A stretch of DNA of 63,229 bases, filler included, from Octopus bimaculoides (GCF_001194135.2; 5 parts of 5 records of this genome joined end to end with filler, not necessarily neighbours in it), one strand, 5' to 3'. Positions 51,961 through 63,229 are shown, numbered from the whole stretch's first letter. Notes: generated by a model not told the origin, from the sequence alone. A program made the numbers and translations.

Positions 51961-52622
51961 TTAACTAATTGTTACTAATAGTATAGTTGGAAAGAGTAGT
52001 GGCTGTAGGTGTTGTTTATATACATACATACATACACATACGTAATATATCCATATATATGTATATATATATATATACACACACACACATATACAAACAA
52101 TATATATACATATATACATACATATATGTATANNNNNNNNNNNNNNNNNNNNNNNNNNNNNNNNNNNNNNNNNNNNNNNNNNNNNNNNNNNNNNNNNNNN
52201 NNNNNNNNNNNNNNNNNNNNNNNNNNNNNNNNNNNNNNNNNNNNNNNNNNNNNNNNNNNNNNNNNNNNNNNNNNNNNNNNNNNNNNNNNNNNNNNATATA
52301 TATATATATATATAAATGTATAATAAACTTTATAATAAACTTTAATATAAATGAATTTAGCGTCAAAACTCTTATTTAAATTTGTGATATATAACCAAGG
52401 AGATTGATCCATAAGGAGTCTACTATAGACCATTGTGGACGAATTTTTGCTATTTTGGTAACGACTACGTTTTATCTCACCAAAACATTGTGGAGATATC
52501 ATTATATGAACACCTATATATATATAATGTAGTCATACATATATATAACATATATATATATACGTATTCATACATATATATGGCATACATACGTACATAC
52601 ATGCATGCATACATGCATATAT

Positions 52623-52900
52623 ACCGGGTGCGGCATATACATTTACCCATTATTCAAACAGAAACTGATATACTCTTGTTTGAAAAAGTAATCGCGAATA
52701 TTGTACGAAGCATCCTAAATTCTTCTTGTTTCATTGTCCACCCTTAATTGACTGTGGCGGGTCAAACAAAACACACGAAGAAATTGTTGTATTGAAAATG
52801 GCTGGTGTAAAGAATAATGAAGTGATAAAGCAGTCGAGAAAATATGTTGAACGCAAACGGTGGCCATTTTGAATTGTAAATACATACGTAAAATATTGTC
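52623..52900 (+). mobile_element. Tc1/mariner-superfamily deletion relic
   Basis: TA-CCGGGTG start and a C-terminal ANGGHFEL* motif near 52853-52879. The right TIR is not clearly recognisable. Confidence 0.4.
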
Positions 52901-53474
52901 AATGAATATAACAGTCAATTTGTAAACTTTCGTTTACCAAAGCCTAAAACTTTATAGTTGGGGATGGTCATATTTTTGCCAATTAAAGGCATGCGCTATA
53001 TACTTGGTCTTCGGTTCAACTTCATTATTTTTTTTTATTTTAGCGTCTTTTGTCTAAGCTCTTTGGTCACACATTCTATGAGATACGTGGGATAAAGTGG
53101 GCTTAGAGAAAGGACACTAAAGTAAGAATAATGATAGGGATGAAGTGAAGAACGAGTATACAGTGTGTGTGTTTAGTTGGGGAAAATATGACCATCTCAG
53201 AGTATAACAATATCTGCTTCAGCATACGATTCGACATACGAGGAATCTTGCAAGACAAATATACAAACGTGAAGCTTTTTATTTTATGATAAAATATATA
53301 ATGGGTAAGCATATGTACAGGTGTGTGTGTATCGTGTGTGCGTGAGTTTGTGTGTGTGTGTGCGTGTGTGTGTGCACGCGTACGTTTGTATTTAAGCAGA
53401 TGTATGTCTATGAAAGAACAGCTAGATAGATTGGTGGACGTATGTATTTATACCTGTTCGTGCCTATACATATA

Positions 53475-53687
53475 CAAGGGGGTGCTGAAAAGTTCCTGGC
53501 TTTAAGGGTGTAGCGAAAGACCTGGCTGAAGGCCCAACCTTCCGAGTTCTTTTACAGGGCTTAGAAAAACTGAAGGACTGCTGCAGTAAGTGTGTGAATC
53601 TGAGAGGGGAACATGTTGAGTAAAATCATAACTGATTCACCTGTATTTTCTTTTACCCAAAGCCAGGAACTTTTCAGCACTCCTTCG
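53475..53687 (+). mobile_element. Mariner-derived MITE (internal deletion derivative), 213 bp
   Basis: ~28-bp TIRs CAAGGGGGTGCTGAAAAGTTCCTGGCTTT / AAAGCCAGGAACTTTTCAGCACTCCTTCG with TA on both sides. The interior retains a mariner C-terminus GLEKLKDCCSKCVNLRGEHVE*. Confidence 0.9.
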
Positions 53688-53724
53688 TATGTATAGATAC
53701 ATAGTGTGTTTATGCGTTCATGGT

Positions 53725-56700
53725 TTAAATGAATGGCGCCCATATTGGAGACAGGAAGTCTATAAGCGATTGTATTACGAGAATAATCCTACCTTTTTTC
53801 GTGTTTCCAGCACCCGCTTCACGTTTTAATTGTTCAATACGCGGTACCGTGGTGCAATCAGTCTTTGGCGTGGTTTCGTCGGTCTTACCTCCGACGGCTT
53901 CCACCTCGACCGTGGGTTCGGCGTCGCCGATACGTGTTTCGCATGATGGAGGTGCTGTTTTATGGTCACCAGCGACACGTTTGACGAAATTTCCGGTTGA
54001 CTCCGTCGTGCGTCGCTCACAAAGCGCCTCCATAACGAAGTTGTCTCCTTCACCCATGTAGCTTTTATTTTCATGTTGCTTGACGTGGTCGTCTGCTTCT
54101 TCAGGTCTGGTCCAGTTGCGATGAAATCCAGTTTCCAGAATCGTACAACTCAAGGATTGCATCGACTCGAGTTGACCGTCGCCGATTTTCTCTTCCTTAA
54201 TATCTAAAGCTATAGCCATTTGGAAATCTATGGTTTCATCAGTTTCCAATGAAGAATCTTCACAACGTTGACAATCTGTGTTCGATTCGCCAGTGGTGCT
54301 CGTTTGTGGGGAAAATGTATTTTGTTCAGATGACAGTTTGTTTGTCGACTGCAACTCTCTGTGCATTTCTTCATGCGTTGTGTTGCAGATATCACGAAGA
54401 CTTTCACCACTTTCGTTCCGTTCCTGGTCTTGATTCTTGTCATCGTTCGTGTTGCCACTTAAATCTTCGTCCTGTTTATTCAAAATTTTGAAATCAGGGA
54501 AAGAACGATCAGTATTTTCAGGGATTTCCAAAACGGGGGACATTTCACTGCGATTGAAACGAGACTCAAAAGAATCTACAATGCTTTTCGCCATTTTGTC
54601 TTCTTCAAATTTCCAGTTGAGACCTTTGTCGACAGAATCGACTATGCACAAACTCGTGTTATTTTCTTTTTCAACCTTATTCTCGTCGTTTTTGCAGTTA
54701 TTTTCCAAGATAATTCCTTCGTACTCGCTTGTGTCACTGTTAAAATGTCTTCCTTTTCTCTCCGTTGGTAAAACGACGTTCACGTAGCTTTCAAGGATTT
54801 CTTCGCTTTCAATGTTTATCTCTTCCTCGTTGTAAGTCAACCTCCTCGTATTAGTCTCTTCGCAAAGATTAGCTGCGTATTTTGTGACCGCACACTTATT
54901 TTCTGGTTCCTCTACATACGACTTTGAGCAGTAGAGTTCTTCAGTTAAACTGTCATTCCGCTTCTTGTCTTCCCCGCCATCTTCAATGATGTCACACGTC
55001 ACGTGAGCTACGTCACAATCGGTGAATTCATGGACGGCATCTTCTTCAAATTCGAACGAAGTACTCGGAGTAGCAGTGCCTTCAAAATTCACAGAATTTA
55101 CAGAATGAGATTTAGGAATTTGAGGCCCCGCATTAGATATTGAATCTTTACCCTTCACAAATTCGTCCTTCTCGGAAAACTCAGAGTCTTGCAGATTGCG
55201 TCTATTGAACTCGAAGACGCTTCGATTATTAACAGAATTGTTAATGTTGGGTCCATAAACCGGGTTAACATCTCCTCTCTTTATCGTTTCCAAATCTTCA
55301 ACACCAGTAAATCCTAAAACAACGTATTCGGGCAACTCTTTATCTTCCATCTCGTCTCGCATGAAGTCTTTCTTTGCACATACTGTGGAAATATCAGTAG
55401 TAACATCTTTTGAATCATCGTCTGAATGCTCGCATAGTTTCCCGCCTTTCACCAAATTCGATCTCGTACAGGGGCATCCTTCTGCTGGTTCAATGTTTTC
55501 CTCGATCACTGGATAATCCATATCTTTGTAGCAGATGCTTGTGAACAGCGTGTAGTCGCTGTCTTCCGTTAAATCTGAGTAACTACGATCTTTGTCCGTC
55601 CCATTAACCTCTCCGCTAGCAGAAGCGGCAGATGTATTGCCTGTATAAGAAATGCAACGTTCGACCGAGTAGCCAGTGACTTCGTCATCGTAACGATTAT
55701 TCGAAGTGTCGTTGGCTTCGATACTGCGGCGCGTGTACGTCCCTGTCTGTTGTAAGGGACACAAGTCAGGCTCACCCTCAACAGAACACCGCATATCTAA
55801 AGGGTTAGACAACGCCGCGTTAGTGATATTCTGTCTGGAATAGCCGATCGGTTCGTCGTCACAATGAACTTCGTGGCCTGTACCCTTTCCTTCCGTTCGT
55901 CGTTCTGTGATTCCGTCGCCGTCTCGATTTACAGGATGTTCGTCTCCGTCCGTAGCGTCGCTGCAATCACTGTACATGCTCGCTGCACGTCCTATAACAT
56001 TGGAACCATCGGCATCTCCGCCCCGACGGTGCTCCGCGCCGTCTCCAACGTTTCCTCGGTAGCCGGTCACGTGATGCATGTGATAGCCATTTCCGTTGTC
56101 CCCTCTCTTGCTAGTCATTCCTGCAGCAAAATCTGCAACGTCCGCTTCCGATTCATATCCTGTCACAGCACCGATATTTCCGCTTTTTCTATGCTCAGCA
56201 TTCACATCGTATCCGGTGACGTCTCGACTACTCTCACTTTCGCAACGATCCTTTACTTCCTGTCCGGCGCCGAACCCGGTGGTGATGGCAATTTCATCGG
56301 CCTCTTTTCCGTCGCCATCCAATCGGGAACCTTTGTCGCATGTATAACTCGTGACGTCTAAGAAACCGCTATAACAACTTCCGGTTGGTTCATAATTTCT
56401 CTCTACTCCGCTGGCTCCTTCTTCGAGAGAATGGTACCCGGAAGTTGTGATACTAGTCTGTCTTAGGTACCGGGGTACAACTTTATCACTATCGCTGAAA
56501 CCAACAGTACTATTACCACACGTGACCGAGTCGACGGCCTCGACACAGCTGTCACCACTAGCGCCACCTTGCCGGCAAGTCATGTCAGAAAGGGTAGACA
56601 TTTTGTCTGTCCAGTTTTCATTCATATAACCGAATGTGCAAACATCTCCAGTGCAGACGATGTTTGCGCTGCTGTCCACAGCCTCGTTTTCAACCCTCTG

Positions 56701-57125
56701 CCTCCACCTTTCATCCGAGTACTGTCCATTATCTTCTTCTTCTGGGATATCATCGAGATTGTCACATCCGGCGAATATGTTTTCATATCCAGTATATACA
56801 CTGTCACTTCCGCTGTGATTTTTGCCTTTTTCAGAGTACATGTTACTACTTCCGGAATAGGTGGCGTCAATTTCAGCGAAGATATTTCTTCTGGCATATA
56901 AATTGTCGCTCGCAGACAACATGTTACTTCCTGAATACGCAGAATCACTTCCGAAATTGATAGTGTCCTGTTTAGTGTACATTGCCTCACTTCCAGAATA
57001 CATAACTTCGTTATTTCCGGTGTACATATTTTCAGTTCCGGTATATGATTTGTCATTTCCAATGAACATATTACTTCTTTCATTAGTCGTATCACTTCCG
57101 GGATAAACGGTGTTATCCCCAGACA

Positions 57126-57177
<52 letters not shown>

Positions 57178-57343
57178 TCCGAGGTATAAGTCGTCACTTC
57201 CGGAATATTGGAGGAGACAGCTGCTGCCGTCATTATCGTGGTGGCTGTGCTGATAGTCATTGTCTTGCATGTCATTGGTGTTTTCTTTACACGTGACTTC
57301 GAAGGCAGTTTTAGCTGTGCAGTGAACAGCAGCTTCAGCGCAT
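53725..57343 (-). CDS. Giant coding exon (about 1200 codons) of an unidentified gene; acidic, Ser/Asp/Glu/Asn/Thr-rich, probably disordered; 5' end lost in gap, probable splice donor at 53792
   Basis: 1181-aa stop-free ORF (57270-53725) in non-microsatellite sequence that is GC-richer than its flanks. The same frame stays open 24 codons upstream of the first ATG (CAEAAVHCTAKTAFEVTCKENTND) to the N gap at 57344. Minus-strand AAAAAAG|GTAGGA at 53793/53792 looks like a donor, after which the translation (RIILVIQSLIDFLSPIWAPFI) looks intronic. No recognisable domain. Confidence 0.85.
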
Positions 57344-57443
57344 NNNNNNNNNNNNNNNNNNNNNNNNNNNNNNNNNNNNNNNNNNNNTTAATTAATTAAN
57401 NNNNNNNNNNNNNNNNNNNNNNNNNNNNNNNNNNNNNNNNNNN
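57344..57443. other. Artificial 100-nt assembly spacer (44 N + TTAATTAATTAA + 44 N); the 12-mer recurs at 14882-14893, 33070-33081 and 51372-51383
   Basis: Identical 12-mer with stops in all six frames, centred in N runs at four sites. Confidence 0.95.
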
Positions 57444-57677
57444 GTGTGTGTGTGTGCGTCTCTATGTTAGTTTCCATGTGTGCAAATGTATATTGTGAGA
57501 TCGAGCGATTGTGTAAGCAATGGCGTCCATGTGTGCGTGACAGTTTGTGTTTAGCCCTGGTGTTAATGTCCGTCTATATTAGAATTTCTGGTACGCGTAG
57601 GAAGGTGTGTATGTCAGCCGGTCGATGTGCATGCACAAGCCGTATGCGTTCCAGTTGGCGTGTGCCTGTTCGTGCAT

Positions 57678-57725
<48 letters not shown>

Positions 57726-58110
57726 ACACAATACATATATATATAATATATATTATATATTTATATATATATGTATGTATGCATGTATGTCATGGATGTA
57801 TTTATGTATGCATATGGATATGTCTGTATGTATAGGGTTGCATTCTTGTGTTTATATGTATACGTGTATCAGTCTGTACTAGTGTGTGAGTGTGTGTAAG
57901 AGAGTGAGAGAGAGAGAGAGAGAGAGTGTGTGTGTGTGTGTGTGTTTGTGTGTGTGTGTAAATGTATGAATACATATACAATTGGATCGATGTATGGGGG
58001 AGCGTGTATATGTATGTGTGTATGAGGGAGAGGGAGAGAAAGTATGTGTGTGTATATGTGTGAGTATGTCTCTGTCTCTGTGTGTGTTTATGTGCACAGA
58101 AATAGTGAAT

Positions 58111-58148
<38 letters not shown>

Positions 58149-58329
58149 GTGTGTGTGAGTGTGTGTGTGTGCGTGTGTAAATCCAATGTCAGAGAGAGTT
58201 TGACAAGATTTAAACCTCTCCATGTCAACATTACACTTCGTACCCACCGACCCCCACCGACCCCCATCGCCACAGACGTCACAATGTCCAACCTTACATA
58301 CACAGCAACAACAACACCTGCAACAATGA

Positions 58330-58475
58330 AACCGTCTCCCAAATCCACTCACAAGGCTTTGGTCGGCCCGAGGCTATAATAGAAGGCACTTGCCTAAGGT
58401 GCCACACAGTGGGAATGAACCCGGGACTATGTGGTTGGTAAGCAAGCTACTTACCACACAGCCACTCCTGCGCCT
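58330..58475 (-). mobile_element. SINE family A, 5' half
   Basis: Head AGGCGCAGGAGTGGCTGTGTGGTAAGTAGCTTGC... with B-box-like GGGTTCATTCCC. Confidence 0.85.
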
Positions 58476-59145
58476 GAAGTAAATAGACAGCTTTAATTTT
58501 CAAAGCTTCTGATCTAAATTGCCGAAAATCTTCAAACTCCTCTTGCTACTGTTAATAGAATTATATTTCTTGCACGCTCTGCTACCATGTAACAGGTATC
58601 TCGGGTCCTTTATCGCAAATAGTTGTTACATGGTAGCAGGGCTTGCTAGAAATAGCAGCCAAATCTTTGGGGGTGAGATACATAAACACATACATGCATA
58701 TATATATATATATATATACACGACTGCTTTCCAAACACGCTCCGCTCGTAAACTCAAGCATAATTCTTGCTTTTTGCTTTTACAAGAATTCCTGTAGTTC
58801 TAAAGTTTTCGGAAGTGTAATCCTACCTTCTGAGTTCAAATTCTAAATATTTCTGCACACAATTGTTTTTTAACATTCATATTGAACTACTTGTAAGTCA
58901 GCTTTAAGTGCAATGACATTTTACTTCCGAATGGGATTGGACGGAAAGTCATTTCACTCCATTTTCCCATCTCTTATGGTCACCCACTTCAATGAAACTA
59001 ATTTCAGATCCATGGTATTTCTTTAACAAGTTATTTTATAAAATGTTGTCTCTAGCTTTTGAAACAAAGTTTTACTGAAACAACAAGAAACATTTAGCAA
59101 AAGAAAATCATGTTCTTTTTCACTTAACTTTAAAATAGTCACTAC

Positions 59146-59570
59146 AGGCGGTAAGAAGTTTGCTTCCTAATCACATGGTTCCGAGTTCAATACCATTGCG
59201 TGACAGCTTGGCCAAGTATCTTCTAGTATAGCTTCGGGCTGACCAAAGCCTTGTAAGTGGATTTGGTAGATGGAAACTGAAAGAAGCTCGTCGTATATAT
59301 ATGTCAGTATGTATGTACATGTGTGTGTATGTGTGTGTGTGTGTGTATTTGAATGTATGTCCTTGTGTTTATGTTAGTCCTCTATCACCGCTTGACAACC
59401 GGTGTTGGTGTGTTTACATTCCCGTAACTTGAGCTGTTTCTCGAAAAGAGACTAATAAAATAAGTACCAGGCTTAAAACGAAAATATTACTGGCGTCAAT
59501 TTGTTCGACTAAAACTCTTCAGGACTGTGCTCCAGTATGGCCGCAGTCAAATAACTGAAAGATAAAGGAT
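59146..59570 (+). mobile_element. SINE family A, complete, diverged
   Basis: Head, GGTAGATGGAAACTGAAAGAAGC, (TG)n, then CGCTTGACAACCGG...ATGGCCGCAGTCAAATAACTGAAA. Confidence 0.85.
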
Positions 59571-60204
59571 AATGATGACCATTGCACAAGCGATTCAAAT
59601 ACTTGACCATCAGACATCAAATGATGTCCTAAACAGCTACCAATTTGACGGTCTTTCTCGGAATTCTCTTCACATCATCGGAATTTTTAAGCCTAATTTT
59701 GCTCACCGTACTTCCTCAGATGTAGAACAATGGGAGGAAACAAGAGCATCACAATAGCTTTTGTTTTACAAAAACCAACATTTTCGCCTACCATATTAGG
59801 CTATCATCAGTTGTAATCGAAACTATTCTTGACACATCTAATTGTATTTCAGGAAACATTTTAACAATACAGATACGTATGCCTTTTCCTGAAGTATTCT
59901 GAAACAAATTCTCTGAAGACCGAAGTCACTGACAAGAATGCAAATGGCAACGAAAGGACTTTGACCAAAGACAAAACAAACCACTGACTGTTTAACTAAC
60001 AAGTTAAACAAACGATTGATTAATTTGACCAATTGACTAATAATAAAGAAGCGGAATTGAAGCTGTACACGTGTTATTAATATTGGCATAATGACTGACT
60101 CTCCTAAGAGAAAAAAATTGTTTCAACACAAATTCACATTTAAAACAACCTTGCAAAACGAATACAAAAACGAAGTAGGATAATCTCTAAACGAAATTTT
60201 CCAT

Positions 60205-60305
60205 TGCGTGGTACCTTGGACAAGTATCTTCTAGTATAGCCTGGGGCCGACCAAAGCCTTGTAAGTGGATTTGGTCGGCAGAAACTGAAAGAACCCCGTC
60301 ATATA
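60205..60305 (+). mobile_element. SINE family A, partial
   Basis: ACCTTGGACAAGTATCTTCTAGTATAGCCTGGGGCCGACCAAAGCCTTG...GAAACTGAAAGAACCCGTC. Confidence 0.8.
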
Positions 60306-60786
60306 TATATGTGTGTATGTATGTATTTATTAAATTCATTTACGTTATACTGTTCGCTTTATCCATTTCCTTTTCTTATGGTACAGGTACGCCTCCGATT
60401 TTCCTGTATCCTGGATTCCAAAGCTTTGACGGATTAACCGCTTTACCGGAACATCCATGGTCACGCAGTAATAATTCGTCATGACATTTCTAACCTTCTC
60501 ATTATACACCGCCCATGCGTCATAAATATACCCAACTGGTACGATCGCAGGCGTATATACAAGTGTGTGCGTACGTGTGTGTGTGTGTGTGTGTGTGTGG
60601 AGTAAGTCGAAGAATGGCGACTATGGCATTACAGAAATATAAAAAGAAGGTGATGCTATAATGGTATAATATGTTTGTAATATTACACAATGATTTTAAA
60701 GCGGCGAGCTGACAGAATCATTAACACGCCGGGCAAAATACACGCGTGAAACCATTGAGCAGAAGTAACTAGTGACATGTGAGTAG

Positions 60787-60844
<58 letters not shown>

Positions 60845-60928
60845 NNNNNNNNNNNNNNNNNNNNNNNNNNNNNNNNNNNNNNNNNNNNNNNNNNNNNNNN
60901 NNNNNNNNNNNNNNNNNNNNNNNNNNNN

Positions 60929-60993
<65 letters not shown>

Positions 60994-61480
60994 GCTCTTT
61001 CGTATCTAGTCGTGACTTACTGCGATTTTATCCTGATCTGAGAGAATGATACTATTTTTGAGTTTTTTCCCTCATTTCAACGTTCTTCCGTTCATCGGAA
61101 CAATTGATATCCTTTTCTGCTATTTTTAACGCCCATTCCGTTTCAAATTTGTTGAATCTTCCCAGTAATTTCCAGATTATTAACACTTTAGCTATTTATC
61201 ATTTTTCTTCCCGAACAGGGTCAAATTTGACTGCTATTTTATGAACATATCGTCGCTTGCACGTGGTTCCGGAGACGCTCCCTAGCACAGCACTTTGTAC
61301 AAGTACTTTCTACATAACAATGGGTTCGGATTAACCAATGTTCAATAAAAAAGAATTCTGTATACGGAAACTGTGCAGAAACCCGTTATGTGTGTACGTG
61401 TTGACATTCTACTCTGCCAAAAGTATGATAACGCTTGCACTATGTAAAATATATTTTAGTACGCGTACTGTATATCTAAA

Positions 61481-61690
61481 AAGCGGCGAGCTGGTATAAT
61501 CGTTAATACGCTTCTACAAAAATGCTTAGCGGCATTTCGCCTGTCTTTTACGTTTTGAATTCAAATTCCGCCGACGTTGACTTTCACCCCTTCGGGGTCG
61601 ATAAAATAAGTACCAGTTTAACCCTAGGGTCAATGTAATCGACTTACCCTCTCCCCCGAACCTCCTGGCCTTGTACTAAAATTTAAAATC
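61481..61690 (+). mobile_element. Family B SINE, complete
   Basis: AAGCGGCGAGCTGG...TTCAAATTCCGCCG...CGGGGTCGATAAAATAAGTACCAG; flanks TACTGTATATCT / TACTGTACATCA. Confidence 0.88.
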
Positions 61691-61992
61691 AATATACTGT
61701 ACATCACTTACATCTCTCTCTCTCTCTCTCTCTCTNNNNNNNNNNNNNNNNNNNNNNNNNNNNNNNNNNNNNNNNNNNNNNNNNNNNNNNNNNNNNNNNN
61801 NNNNNNNNNNNNNNNNNNNNNNNNNNNNNNNNNNNNNNNNNNNNNNNNNNNNNNNNNNNNNNNNNNNNNNNNNNNNNNNNNNNNNNNNNNNNNNNNNNNN
61901 NNNNNNNNNNNNNNNNNNNNNNNNNNNNNNNNNNNNNNNNNNNNNNNNNNNNNNNNNNNNNAGTTAAACGCAGGTGTTATTCAAATTCTTTT

Positions 61993-62081
61993 ACTTCCGA
62001 CACATGTTTCGAAGATATCTTTGGTATTATTCCAAAGGAATAAAATGGTGTAAAACAATGTAATATACTCATCAGAGAAAT
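61993..62081 (-). ncRNA. Candidate minimal hammerhead ribozyme in an inverted Penelope pseudo-LTR
   Basis: Minus strand ATTTCT-CTGATGAG...CGAAAC-ATGT-GTC-GGAAGT. Stem I is 6 bp with two G.U pairs, stem III is short and near-palindromic, stem II is long and imperfect. It lies ~130 bp upstream of the Penelope ORF relic. Confidence 0.5.
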
Positions 62082-62214
62082 GAAGAAATAAAACTCGTCA
62101 ATAAGACATTTTAACATAATATGATGGAAATGTAAAGTGATGAACTGAACGCTATTAAGTTTTAAAAAAAAAAGTTAAAGGATATAACGTCAAAAGTAGC
62201 CTATAGAAAGAGGA

Positions 62215-63194
62215 GGGATAAAGGAAAGATTGTTTAAGTTATCTGCTAATGTTGACATTTTCAATGATAAGGCCGAATTTTATAACTCTGCCTTATTTAA
62301 AGCAGATTATACAGAGAAAGTTACCTACATTAATTCCATTCAATCTTATTTTACCTTTACTAATGAAGACATGAAATCTACTTGCAAGGATATAAACGAT
62401 ATCAATTTTAATTGATGAAGGGAGATAACCCTTATTTAAACCCTTTTTTTTTCATTCTAAAGGTAAATCTATGTCTTTCAATGATAGTTACACTAAAAAT
62501 AAGACAACTAATAGTAAAACTATTTGGTTAATTATTCCTTATGGGAGGCAAATTAAATCTAATCTTCCTTTGCAGTTTCGAGAAACTATTATTAGGAATT
62601 TTCCAAAGAATTCTAGGTATTACTCTATTATCAACTCACAGACGGTTAGGATTGGTTTATCCAACACAAAAAATCTCTTACAACTTATCTCCTCACATAA
62701 TATTGGCATGTTAAATAGGGATACATTTACTAATATTAACATTAATTTAGCTAATACCATCCATCCCCCTAGAAATATTAATAACAAGGTTATTGTATCT
62801 GAAGTCAATTACAACAGAATCAAGTTTATGTCAAGTAACTCTAAAATTAAAAATTTTATATACCAGTTTAAAATTACTTCAGGTACCGATGTCTGTTTTT
62901 ATATAGGCAGTTCCTCTTCTCTGTTATCTAAAAAAATTTCTAATCATTACTCTACATTTAGGGATAGGAATAAACTTAACAGTACAGGGCTTAGTAAATT
63001 AATTTGGTATCTAAAAGACCATCATAAACAATTTAATTTAGATTGGTTGATTCTCTCAATTTCGATCCCTTATGATAAAGGTAAGGAATTCTGTCTTCTC
63101 TGTAATTCTGAACTATTTTTTATTCCTTTTTCTAAAAATCCCCTTGTAAACACGGTTATAGAGCGTGCATACCGATGTAAACATTGGCAGAAAC

Positions 63195-63200
<6 letters not shown>
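62215..63200 (+). mobile_element. Penelope-like retroelement, RT thumb/linker plus GIY-YIG endonuclease, degenerate
   Basis: RLFKLSANVDIFNDKAEFYNSALFKADY; FPKNSRYYSIINSQTVRIGLSNTKNLLQLISSHN; FYIGSSS...NHYSTFR...NSTGLSKLIWYLKD...WLIL...PY...CLLCNSE. These match the Penelope YIG...STxLSKxIW...CxLC pattern. Confidence 0.85.

Positions 63201-63229
<29 letters not shown>

Noticed and set aside
56755-57210. Reflectin-like identity for the Met/Tyr/Asp/Asn-rich repeats
   Set aside because: The reflectin motif (M/F-D-x5-M-D-x5-M-D) and the Arg/Trp-rich composition are absent.
53725-57343. Giant ORF as a transposon or endogenous viral protein
   Set aside because: No RT, integrase, DDE, helicase or capsid motifs, and no TIR, LTR or TSD around it.
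59912-59940. Minus-strand ILVSDFGLQR resembling a kinase DFG motif
   Set aside because: No upstream HRD/N motif, no Lys before the DFG, no APE motif and no convincing splice sites; likely chance.

Overview
AT-rich, microsatellite-saturated animal genomic DNA from a draft assembly with many N gaps. It is most likely an octopus; this is inferred from the SINE families and repeat landscape and cannot be proven from the window. The only convincing host coding sequence is a ~3.6 kb uninterrupted minus-strand reading frame (57343->53725). It is open into a gap at its 5' end, has a likely phase-1 splice donor near its 3' end, and encodes an acidic low-complexity region with a degenerate Y-S/T-G-S-D heptad array: probably a giant exon of an unidentified gene. 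The rest is transposon debris. It includes a Mutator-like (FLYWCH+MULE, Phantom-type) element with intact TIRs and a perfect 8-bp TSD nested inside the transposase ORF of a Chapaev3-like element. There are also Gypsy integrase, RTE, CR1/L2, L1-Tx1-like and Penelope fragments, hAT and mariner MITEs, and more than 20 copies of three tRNA-derived SINE families. Several dispersed hammerhead-ribozyme-like motifs occur, one next to the Penelope ORF. Most ORFs in the supplied track are artefacts of microsatellites and N runs. No rRNA, genuine tRNA or CRISPR array is seen. Repeat coordinates are approximate unless a TSD is given. Family names come from remembered protein motifs, not from a database search.
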